From Vicugna vicugna (Eukaryota), in contig MU058844.1 in assembly GCA_013265495.1 (NCBI GenBank), forward strand, positions 3,017,520 to 3,081,519: 64,000 nt of DNA, in the 5' to 3' direction. A program made the position numbers and the translations under genes. Below, one piece after another: positions 52,050 to 63,179 of the stretch (positions are counted from its first letter, which is position 1; each line of letters opens with the position of its first letter). Below the pieces are notes generated by a model. It was not told the origin of the DNA. It saw only the letters and a list, made by a program, of their open reading frames with translations, and did no database searches.

Positions 52050-52368
52050 TCAGGTCTGAAGACCTGCAAAACAGATGAGCTGATGGTATAAGTTCCAGTC
52101 CAAGTATAGGAGAAAAACCAATGTCTCAGCTTGAAGACAAAGAGAGAGTTCTCCCTCCCCCTGCCTCTTGTTCTACTCAGGCCTCCGGGGGATCGGACAG
52201 TGCCCACCCACCCACATGGAGGAGCATGGTCTTGTGCTGCTCAGTCTGCTGCCTCAAATGTTAACCCCATCCAGAAACACCCTCACAGACATACCTAGAA
52301 GAATGTTTAACCAGATATCTGAGCACCCCATGTCCCAGCGAAGCTGACACATAAAATTAGCCATCACA
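52050..52368 (-). mobile_element. ERVL MLT2 LTR (MLT2B/D-like), partial
   Basis: 'ccagaaacaccctcacagacatacctagaagaatgtttaaccagatatctg...aagctgacacataaaattagccatcaca'. Confidence 0.88.
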
Positions 52369-52489
52369 ATAACAAAATCATATGTGCTTCTGTTTCACTG
52401 AGTCCCGAGAATTTGTCCGAGATGCATGAGCTCTTTGAAAGTTCACAGTGCCCTCTTGTCATCATGGCCCTTGATATCACCTGTTAATT

Positions 52490-52675
52490 CAGTGATTCCC
52501 AGCCTTGCTTGACATCAAAATCTACAGCTTTATAAAAACATGGATTTGGGGGCTCCCATTACAACCTTCTGGATCAGAATACAAGTTTGGGGCCCGTCTT
52601 ACATCAGAATATGAGCTTTTGGCCCAGGCCCATTTCCAAGAGATTTTAATAATCAACCTCACTAGGGAATAACTG
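52490..52675. mobile_element. MER5-type MITE
   Basis: Termini 'cagtgattcccagcctt' and 'tagggaataactg'. Confidence 0.5.
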
Positions 52676-53977
52676 CTTTAACTATGTTATAAAGTACAGG
52701 GTCACTGGATGCAGTGACCCTCCAAAAGCCAGAACAAGGATATAAGCAATTTCTAATGATTTAAGTCTCTCCCTCTCATCTGGAAGACCAAACCATTTGC
52801 TGAATTACTAGTAATATGGCAAGAATTAGATTATGTATTTTTAGGTACATTATTTCATTTTAATCCTCTAGTCAGCTCTGTGACTAACACAGGTCTATTT
52901 TATAGATAAGAAACCTGAACCTTTGTGGAGTTAAGTAATTTTCTGAAGAGATTTATTAATGAAAGAGCTGTAAACTGCAATCGTTTGATTCTAAACACCA
53001 TAGTTTTCTCAGCACATCACACTGTGTGGTTAGTTTAGGAATTCCAGATGACCCCAGATTAGAATGAATTAAAGATTCAGAAAAGATATGCATCTGTGCT
53101 TGGTAATTGGTCAATAATAGGTTCAACTAGTTGACTAAACATGGAGAGAAGCAGGAGATAAGGCAGCTTTCCACTCCATTAGGAAAACTTATAGCACCCT
53201 GGACAGAAATGTCCAAAAACATGATCATACTCAACAGGGGTATCAGACACTTTTATGAAATTTGCAATGTCCCTGCCCCACATCCCTATTCAACATAATG
53301 GATGACTCTTGAATAAAAATGATACAGTATTTACATACTCCTTATATTTTTCAAGGAAGAGACTCTTCAGTAATTTCTTGTTCATTTTCATCTTGAGAGT
53401 GAAAATAAGAATACTAGACATTTGCATAATCTAATCTTGAGAAGAACTCTTCAGGAATTCCCTATTCAATTTATTTTATCTTTGATAAAAAGTGAAACAG
53501 TGTTAAGTGTTTTAATAAGCTGTTCTGAAAGGTATCATACTTCTCCCATTCTCAGTGACACAGACAATAAGTATTTGGCTGGTACACAAGTATAGTCCTG
53601 AAGATTATTCTCTTTTCAGAGTCGTATACAGTTCATCCTTCTGTTTTCAATAAACTTGCTGCTTGATTGAGGAGTAGAAAGACTTCAACAAGTGGGAAGC
53701 ATTCAACTGGTTGTCATAGAACCTGTGTTCTGCTTTTATTCCTTGTCTTTTTTTCTTAAAAATCTCCTATTTGCTAATAATAGCAATATTAGCAACACAG
53801 AAGTGCAGGTCTGGAAAGCTAAGAGTACATAAGGTCCACGTGAGAAAAGTATTGCTAAATTGCACGCAATATGAGTATGATACTGAGTCAAAATTAGTAT
53901 AACAGAACTGATCAAAAATTCACTACATCCCCTAGAACCTGGAGAATCTGGAGGATAGGGCTACTAATTAATAGGTG

Positions 53978-54592
53978 AAAAACCAACTTACCATATGATC
54001 CAGCAACCCTACTCCTCAGCAGATATCCGGAGGGAACTCTAATTCTAAAAGATGCATGCACCTCAGTGTTCATAGCAGCACTATTTACAATAGCCAAGAC
54101 ATGGAAACAACCTAAATGTCCATCAACAGATGACTGGATAAAGAAGTTGTGGTGTATTTATACAATGGAATACTACTCAGCCATAAAAAATAGTAAAATA
54201 ATGCCATTTGCAGCAACGTGGATGGACCTGGAGATATCATTCTAAGTGAATAAGCTAGAAAGAGAAAGGAAAATACTGTATGATTTCACTCGTACGTGGA
54301 ATCAAGGGGAAAAAAAAGGAGGAGGAGGAGAAGGAGAGGGAGAAGAAGGAGAAGAAGAAGACATAAATGAACTTATTTACAAAACAGAAACAGACTTACA
54401 GGCATAGAAAACAAACATAGTTACCGTTGGGGAAATGGGGTGGGAAGGGATAAATTGGGAGTTTAAGATTTGGAGATACAAACTACTTTATATAAAATAG
54501 ATGAACAAGTTTTTTTCTGTATAGCACAGGGAACTACATTCAATATCTTGAATATTGAAGTAACCTATAATGAAAAAGAATATGAAAACAAA
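53978..54592 (+). mobile_element. L1 3' region (camelid/artiodactyl type), 5'-truncated and apparently missing the distal 3' UTR
   Basis: 'ttaccatatgatccagcaaccc...tgttcatagcagcactatttacaatagccaagacatgg...'; (GGA/GAA)n expansion at 54318-54360; stops at 'aaagaatatgaaaac' followed by an A-tract. Confidence 0.92.
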
Positions 54593-54927
54593 AAAAATTC
54601 ACAAAAAATTAAGAAAAATAAATGTATTCTTGTGGCAACATCCATCTGAATGATTTTACTAATCCTGCAATTTATGGGTTGTAGTGAAATGTCCAACAAT
54701 GATTAGCAAGTTCCTAGTCTCAATAAAAATTCTGATTTGAAGTATCAGTAAGGACACAAGTCTTAGTCAATAGTGGCAGTTCTTAATGGACACTCTTTGT
54801 TGGATCCTGGGTGGTTATTTAACGTGCAAGCATCCTGGCAGATGTTGCAGTAAAGTTCTGTTTCTAAACAAGGATTCAGCATTGTTGATCCTTGGCTTTA
54901 TCTCTTCTAATCCAAGAACAAATTTAC

Positions 54928-55026
54928 TATCTTTCTTCCCTCTTTCTCCTCTTCCTCCCCTTCCTTCTCTCCCTCCCTTCTCTCCTTCTCCCGCTCCATC
55001 TCTCACACCCTTCCTTCTTTCATTCC
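54928..55026. repeat. Polypyrimidine low-complexity tract
   Basis: About 100 bp of nearly pure C/T. Confidence 0.85.
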
Positions 55027-55849
55027 CACAAGAATCTCCTGAGTCTTTACAATAGGCAAAATCTATGTTAAACCTCAAAAATACAATGATGAACACTATA
55101 GTGTCCCTGAATTTAAGATGCTTACAGGACATCTTAAACACAACATAAAATGAGATGGAATTCAGAGTGTAAGTCACTGATTACTTAGGGAGATTAAATG
55201 AGGTGGTAAAATGTTATCAGAGTAGAAGATAATTCAGCAAGTTTCAGTGGTAGCAAAGAGTAAAGAAATTTATTCTGTGTTTGAAGTTATATGTGTTCAA
55301 ATAAATAGGGGCTGATGAAAATTTATTGAAATTGCTCCATTTCTAAGCCTTGACAACTTTATAACTGGAGAAAATCATAAAGCAGGTATTCATAATATCC
55401 AAATTCCTCCTAACATTGTATTTGATTATCAGAAATACTTTATTATTTAAAGCATAGCAAAGAATCTTACTACCACTTTGAATATATTTGAGTAGTGTTC
55501 ATTTATCTCTTAAACCTAAAATGCACGCTAATTTAATTCTTAACTATGTATATATACAAGAAACTTTTTTCCATGGTTAATTCATTTAATAAATATTTAT
55601 TGAATACTTCCTACCTACCAAGCACTGTGTCTGCAATAAAACAAAACAAAACAAAACAAAAAAAAGCACATGATCCCAGTCCTCGTAAAACTTGTATACT
55701 GGTAAACAGCCTCAAATTTTGTATTATAAATCATTGGGAAAGTAGTGTTTCCTTAAAAAAATTTAGTTTATAACAATCTTGGCTAAAATGCAAATATCCC
55801 AGTAAATAGGGCATGACTGCCTTTGCTGTTTTAGAACCACAGTTCTGAA

Positions 55850-56040
55850 ACCACAAAGCACAGACTTAAAGTGAAATGGACTCAGTTCAAGTTCAGCTTT
55901 GTACCTTCTTGGATCTCTGACTCCACCTTTAGAATCAGAATAATAACCCCAACTTCACAGTCCTGTTGTGAAAATTACATGGTATGTGTGCAGGGAGGAC
56001 CTGACACCTGAAAAGTGGTAGCTCTTGAAAATGCTGCTAC
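55850..56040 (+). mobile_element. MIR SINE
   Basis: 'aaagcacagactt...agttcaagttcagc...taataaccccaacttcacagtcctgttgtgaaaatta'. Confidence 0.6.
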
Positions 56041-56521
56041 TTCTGTTTGTGTCGTACTTAGTAACTAAACCAGAAGATTGAATTGAAGTCACTGCTTGCA
56101 AAATGGTATGTCGTGGTATATTTGTGTATTTATGATTGACTGAGGGATATCTGAAATTTTTTATTTTAAATACATTTGTTTGTGAAGTCTGTCTTAATTA
56201 TAAGAATCACTGTGCTTGTTGGTGTCGTCTGAGAATAATGCAGTATTTATCAAAGAAATTCTGGACCCTAAATTGAAGGGTGCCAGGTTAGTAAATATGT
56301 GAACTTGTGATTTGGGGGCTGTGTACATAAGGGGGTGTATGTTTGAGGACATTTCAGTGCCTCTGTGCCAGGATCATAAATATAAGTTAATGGATTAGTA
56401 ACAAAAATGGTATAGCAAGAGTCAAGCTGAAAATGAATTCCCAGAAACATATTCTGATATCAGTAGTTGCTTTTAGAAAATGAAGTGTTCTATGTGTCTG
56501 TTGATGATGGTAAAATCCCTA

Positions 56522-57012
56522 ATTTTAGGATAGGTTTAGTAAATTGCTTAATTCTTTTAGTTTTTGCTTGCCTGTGAAATTGTTTCTCTCTCCTTCTACT
56601 CTAAAGGATAATCTTGCCAGATAGAGTATACTAAGTTACAGCTTTTTCTCATTCAGGACTTTGAATATTTCTTGCCACTCTCTTCTGGCCAGCATTGTTT
56701 GTGTAGAAAAATCAGCTGAATGCCTTATGGGGGTTCCCTTGTAACAAACTCTGTTTTTCTCTTGCTGCCGTTAGAATCCTATCTTTATCTTTAACTTTGG
56801 CCATCTTAATTGTAGTATGTCTTGGTGTATGTCTGTTTGGGTTCTTCTTGTTTGGAACCCTCTTTGCCTCCTGTACTTGGATATCTGTTTCCTTCTTTAG
56901 GTTTAGAAAGTTTTTAGTCATGATTTCTTCAAATACCTTTTCAATCCCCTTTTCTCTTTCTTCTCCCCTATTATATGTAGGTTGGCACACTTTATATTAT
57001 CCCATAGGTCCC
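56522..57012 (-). mobile_element. Isolated L1 ORF1 fragment
   Basis: ORF 56712-56990(-): 'EEREKGIEKVFEEIMTKNFLNLKKETDIQVQEAKRVPNKKNPNRHTPRHTTIKMAKVKDKDRILTAAREKQ' is the ORF1p RRM region. Confidence 0.93.
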
Positions 57013-58095
57013 TACAAATTTTTTTAAAAGGCTATGAGAGTATGGAGAATAGAGTAATCCCATCCATTCATATATGTGATTTTTACCCTCCCTTTCAGGC
57101 TATCTTAAGGTATAGTCTAATCTGATGCCATCTGTATAAAATTTCAGTCAATGGATGGCAGCAAGGAAAGTCATAAAATATAATTTTTTCTGGATCATTT
57201 TTGTACCCTCAATACTGCCTCACATTTGAAGGGCACCTTGCCCCATCACCTAAAGGCTAATATTTCCCAAACCTGGAAACTCTCACTAGTGACTAGTACT
57301 TGTGGGTAGGCTGGGCCAGCAGTGTCATTGGTATATCCTTCTCAACAAACACCGTGACAAATTTAATTTTCTTTGACTGGGGCCTCCGAATATCAGTGAC
57401 AGAGATAAAGCACTAGCTCTGGGGTCTGTGGGTCGGTAGTTCCCATCTATAAGTAGTCATTTAATTGAAAAGGTATTTTTGACTTGTTAGAGGGAAAAGT
57501 GACTGGCAAAGTTCATCAGGAATATATTAACATAAAACATCAATTCTCAATTTGTAAGTGATAATGTGAAAAGTGGCAGATGATTTATCCTGACTGATTT
57601 ATCAGTAATACTTGAGTAATTAAAAGTTAGGAGACATTCTGAAATACCCACTGGTGGATGTTAGGCAATTTAAATATCTTTCAGTGTACTTTGAGTACTT
57701 TCACTCAGATTTGTGCGTATGTCAAACTGGTGGGCAACATGTCAAAATCAAGACGGATTGATACCAATGGAGCACTGGGAATTAAGGTAGGGTTTCTTAG
57801 AGAGCAAAGATATCAACCTGGTGTTGTACCATTAGTAAGAGATGAATTTCAGCCAAAGGAAAAATAATTTTATCATCTCTTGCAAATTGTGGTACCAGAG
57901 TTGATGCTAGATGACCTTAATTTCATCCATTTTCCAAAGAAGCTTACTCCTTTCTTCAGGTGTAAGTTTGTTAACCTTTTGGCTGAGTTTCTTATTCTGA
58001 ATGTTCACGAAAGTTCAAAAACATACTGTCTACAGAAGGACCAAAAAAGACTAGATTTTTTTTCTAGTAAAAAGTTTAGTAAGTAGTCAATTTGA

Positions 58096-58738
58096 AGAAA
58101 TGCAGATTGGTACAGCCACTATGGAAAACAATATGAAGGTTTCTCAAAAACCTAAAAATAGAACTATCATATAATACAGCAGTTACACTCCTGGGTATGT
58201 ATCTGAAAAAAAGTGAAAACAGTAATTTGAAAAGATACATGCACATGGAAGCAACCTAACTGTCCATCAACAGATGAATGGATAAAGAAGATGTGATGTA
58301 TATGCATACAGTGAAATACTACTCAGCCATAAAAAAGAATGAAAATTTGCCATTTGCAACAACATGGATGGACTTGGAGGGTATTATACTAAGTGAAATT
58401 AGTCAGAGAAAGACAAATATTATACGATATCACTTATGTGTGGAATCTAAAAAATAAAACAAACTAATGAATGTAACAAAAAAAGAAGCAGGCTCACAAA
58501 TACAGAGAACAAACTAGTGGGAGGGACAAAAGAGAAGTATGGGTTGAAGATATACACACTTTTATATATAAAATAAGCTACGAGGGTATATCATATAGCA
58601 CAGGGAATGTAGCCAATATTTTATAACTTTAATGGAGTACAACCTTTAAAAATTGTGAATCACCATGTCTTACACCTGAAACTTATATAATATTGTACAT
58701 CAACTATACTTCAATAAAATAGACACATAAATTAAATG
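58096..58738 (+). mobile_element. L1 3' end (L1MA-type), 5'-truncated, with a 14-bp TSD
   Basis: TSD agtagtcaatttga at 58082-58095 and 58739-58752; ORF2 C-terminal motifs; 3' UTR ending 'caactatacttcaataaaa'. Confidence 0.93.
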
Positions 58739-59043
58739 AGTAGTCAATTTGATATCACAAGATACAATAAGTTACCATGGTCTTAAGTTTTTAAGCATTA
58801 AGTAGACTTTCCCTGATCAGTGCAGAAATTATTATTCCATAAATTCCTCTTGAATTCCGACAGTGCTCATTGAGAAGGAACTCCTTGTTATTGACATTAA
58901 AAACATCCTAAAAACTGCAATCCTTACCTTTACCCTTTTCTACTCATGGCTGAAAACTACATCCTTACATGCAGCATATCTCTTCTTTAGAGTCATTTGT
59001 CCAAATTAGCTGCAAGAAGAAAATTCACAATGTGAGTAAAGCA

Positions 59044-59044
<1 letters not shown>

Positions 59045-59082
<38 letters not shown>
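59045..59082. repeat. (AC)19 perfect microsatellite
   Basis: Read directly. Confidence 0.97.
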
Positions 59083-59085
<3 letters not shown>

Positions 59086-59349
59086 GGTATTAAACTTAAG
59101 TTGATCCTGAAAAAAGAAGTAATTTTCATACCTATGAGTATTTCACTAATATTGCACACTAATCAAACCCTTGCCAAGTATCTATTTGCTGCATTATAAA
59201 TGCATCTGTGAAGGACTTTATATTGATCTAGTTGGTTGTTTTTTTAATTTGTCTAATGACCAAAACCTCGTATTCTCAATCACTGAAAGTCTGTGCTGTC
59301 TCAGTAGTTATGAATCTGTATAAGAGGGGGAAAACTTAGCATAGTGTGG

Positions 59350-59784
59350 TATATTAGGGTTCTTCAGAGAAGCAGAACCAATAGGAGATGTGTATACAGT
59401 CATATGAATTGGCTCAGCCAGTTAGGGAGGCTGAGAAGCCCAACAGTCTGCCACCTGCAAGCTGGAGACCCAGAATAACCTGTAGTGCACTTTGGCCTAA
59501 GGTCAAAGGCCCTAGAACCAGGAGTGCCGATGTCAGACGGCAGGAGAAGATGGATGTCCCAGCTCAGGTACATTCTCCCTTCCTTCACCTTTTTGTTCTA
59601 TTCAGGCATCAACAGATTGGATGATACTCACATTAATGAAGACAGTCTTCTTTACCCAGTCTACCAACTCAAATGCTAATCTCTTCTGAAAATACACTCA
59701 CAGACACACCTAGTAATAATGTTTTGCCAGTTGTCTAGGCATCCGTTAGCCCAGTCAAGTGGACACAAAAACTCACCCATCACG
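59350..59784 (-). mobile_element. ERVL MLT2B-like solo LTR
   Basis: 'tatattagggttcttcagagaagcagaaccaatagga...gcaagctggagacccag...cagtcaagtggacacaaaaactcacccatcacg'; 5-bp flanks tgtgg/ggtgg. Confidence 0.92.
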
Positions 59785-59819
59785 GGTGGGATTATCAGCT
59801 ACATTAACATCACTTCTGA

Positions 59820-60050
59820 CACAGCCTTTTATGTGGCTGACATTATGCTAAAGTAAGCATTTTATTTGCATGATCTCAGGCCTCTCAACAATCCAGTGTG
59901 ACAAGTGCTATATAATAATTATCTCCGTTCTTCAGATTAGGAAATTGAGGCTTAGAGAAATTCAATAACTTGTCCAAAAACACAGAGTAAGAGACGGGAG
60001 GAATTAAACACACAGGTCTCCCTAACACCAAAAGACCACACCCAAACCCC
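59820..60050 (-). mobile_element. MIR SINE
   Basis: 'ttatctccgttcttcagattaggaaattgaggcttagagaaattcaataacttgtccaaaaacacag'. Confidence 0.8.
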
Positions 60051-62239
60051 TCATCCTATAATTGCCCGTGTCTAATTTGAAAACAGAGACTTGATTATTA
60101 TAAAACATCCTATATGTGTAAGACATGTGAAAGTCAAGTGACATTAATGTTATTTAGTTAAGTAAACAGGGTGATTTGTAGAGTTCTGGAATTGAGAGTT
60201 TCTTTTATTGACATATTATTTATGCCCTATTTTGTTTTAAGGGTAAAACTACGATTTAATACAAAAAAAAATCTTCATAAGAAACAGGTGGTCAGAAAAC
60301 CAACCTGGCAAAAACAGAAAATGTTTGAAGCAGAGTTACACTGGCTGTCATGCACACATGTCACTCTACACCTTCTTTCTTCCCAGCGCCTAATGGGAAA
60401 ACATTAAGTTGACCTAAACTTCAAGTTTCCCAGGGTTTGGCAGGCTGTCTTTTTTTGAGGGCTGGTATGACCACACAGGCAGTCCAGACAGCTGCTCTGG
60501 GGCCAGGCCACTCAGGGTGTGGCTGTTTAGACTGGTGTGGGTGGTAGCAGTTAGCACCACAGGGCCAGGTTCCTGTAATGGTCCTCTCAGAATCCAGGTG
60601 GTCAAGGGGATTCTCTCCCACCCCTTCCATATACCCCACTTAATCCAGAAAGGTTGGTTGGATAGGGAAAGGCTTCCACTCCAAGTAGAAGAGCAAGTTG
60701 AGGAGGTAAACTTGCACCCCAGTGTGGGGGCGTGCCAGGCTTCCAAGCAGCTGGGTGCTGATTCGCAGGAGTGCTGGGGTATGAAGCGGGCCTGTCAATG
60801 TACATGTCAGCCTCCAACCCACTGATGTGACTCAGCTGGGAACACACTCTGCTGTGGGGGTGGCCCTGTCCTCTTCATTCCTCTAAGGATTTCCTGGGAG
60901 TTGAAGGATCACGAGGAGCTGCCAGAATGAGCATGTGCAGATGGCAGGTAGGGGTTCACGTCAGCAAAGAACAAGCTCTTCGGTTTTTTTCAGTCATGGC
61001 AAGTCAAAATGCAGCATTTAACAGGGGAGGCTCACTAGGGAAGTCAAAAAGAAAAGCACATAGGCCTTCACATTAGGCAGAAGAGAATGCACAGAGCTGT
61101 TAGAAAGCCTGGAGGGAAATAGAAGCTGAAGAAGTGTTCCTGCTTACACACTAATGATGTTTATCTGCATGGAGACTGCCTCTGTGTTAGTCCTCTATAC
61201 ACTATTTGGGGCCATTAACATTTAAGATAATTCATTATAAATGTACTCTGTATTCGAACTCAGAATAGTAACTCAAACATTTCAGAAATCTGCTTTTACT
61301 TACACTGTTTTTTTGCCTCCACCAGGAAGTGAACAGTTCAGTTATGATAACCCGCCCCAGATAATTGACTTCTACCTCCAAGCTTGCTTCTGAATATTCA
61401 AACATACAGCTTTGGGATGAAGTGAGAGGCAGGAAACCTGACGGGCCTGCGGGTGGAGCTGATGAGGGGGATCTCTCTGTTTTACATAAACTCAGGCACT
61501 TTGGAGGTTGGGAGATGTGTTTTCCAGGGTGACCCTTGACCACCCAGATTCTGAGAGGACCATTACTTCTTCAGTCCTAATTAAGAGGTTGTTATCAGCA
61601 TCCTGTAATGCAAATGCCGAATTTAAACATCAATTTGAACAGGAATGAACAAAGGAAAATTACAAACACACTCTAGTAGGAAAACTGCAACTTCCTAGAT
61701 TATCTGCGTTGATGTATATGAGTAGTTATTGAGGTCTGTATCTGGATACTGCATTTTCAACATGCAGTAAAGGAATAAACATGAACATTCGAATCATAAA
61801 GATCACAGTCAAATCTAGACCCTATGACATTGGATGAAGCACTTATGCACTAGAAGTTGTGGCTCCTCATCTAAAAAATGAGGAAAAATAATACCTAGGT
61901 AATACAGGTAATAGAGAATGTAAGTTCCCACCAGTTTATAAACTTCATGAGAGCAGATAATCTGAGGTTTGGGGAGTTTTCCCCCCAATTGCTGTATCTT
62001 CAATACCAAAGACATTCCCTGGCCCTCAAATATTTGTTGAATGAATGAATGAATATTATGCACAAAAAAGAGGTTACATATATGAAATGTCCATCCCCCA
62101 TTTAATTAATAAATGTTAGCTCCTTCATTAACCTCCACCTGACCCCATCTACTTTCCTACCATACTAATTTAAACGTTTAAGGCTGAATTATTTTGACTC
62201 AATTCATACAATTGGTTCGTGCTCAGGTATTCTTACACA

Positions 62240-63090
62240 TTTACACTAAGAATTGTCTTTGAGTCTTTCTTTTCTATCATTCCCTTATCAAACTAATTAG
62301 CAGGTACTATTAATTCAACCTCCAGAATATACCTCATATCCATCCATTTCTGTCCACCTCCACTGTCACTATCTAATCTAAGCCATCATCCCCCACACGG
62401 ACTCTGCAAGTAACCTCCTGACTAGTGTCTCCCATTCCACTGCACCTTTAAACCCACAGCTGGATCTCCAGTCTTGTACATTTTTTTTTCTCCTGCCCGT
62501 CTTTTCTTTTCTCGAGCCATCCAGTCTTCCTTTCTGTTCCTCACATATCAAGCTCTTTCTGGTCTCAAACCTTCATGCTTGTTATTCATTCTGCCTAGGA
62601 ATGCCCTTCTTCTGGCTCTTGTGCATAAGGTTCTTGCACGTGCACCAGGTCTCTGTTCAAACACACCTCTTCAGAGAGGCTTTCCCTGTGTATCACTTTT
62701 TCTCTACCATGTTTCTTCATGTTCATTACCTATTTGCTCACTGATTTAATCTAGGCTAAAACTGGCTTTACTGGCTGTGAGGACTTAGGTGAGATCCTTA
62801 ACCACTTAGTATCTTCACCTGTAAGATCAACCCTTATCTGTAATAATAATACCAATCTCACAGGGCTGTTGAAGAATAATAAGATATTACATGGGAAAAG
62901 CTCTGAACATTACCTGGAACGTGTACTTGCTCCCTTAATATTAGTTATTTCTATAGTTTTATTATTATATTCACCTACAGAAATATAGGTTCCTTGAGGC
63001 CCAGGATTACATCTGTTTTTTCGACACTGCATTATTAGTTCCCGGAACTGTGCTGGCACTAAGTCAGTCATCAATAAATATTTGAATGCT
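62240..63090 (+). mobile_element. L2 3' end with a nested MIR (~62760-62960)
   Basis: 'ccacctccactgtcac..ctaatctaagccatcatc', 'tctgcctaggaatgccctt', terminus 'tcaataaatatttgaatg'; MIR 'taataataccaatctcacagggctgttgaagaataa'. Confidence 0.75.
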
Positions 63091-63179
63091 ACCTAAAGAG
63101 GCCACATACATTGCAACTAAAGAGCTTATAAATACAAAGTCATGTTTAAATATGCATAGGTTAATTTGCTGCAACAGCT

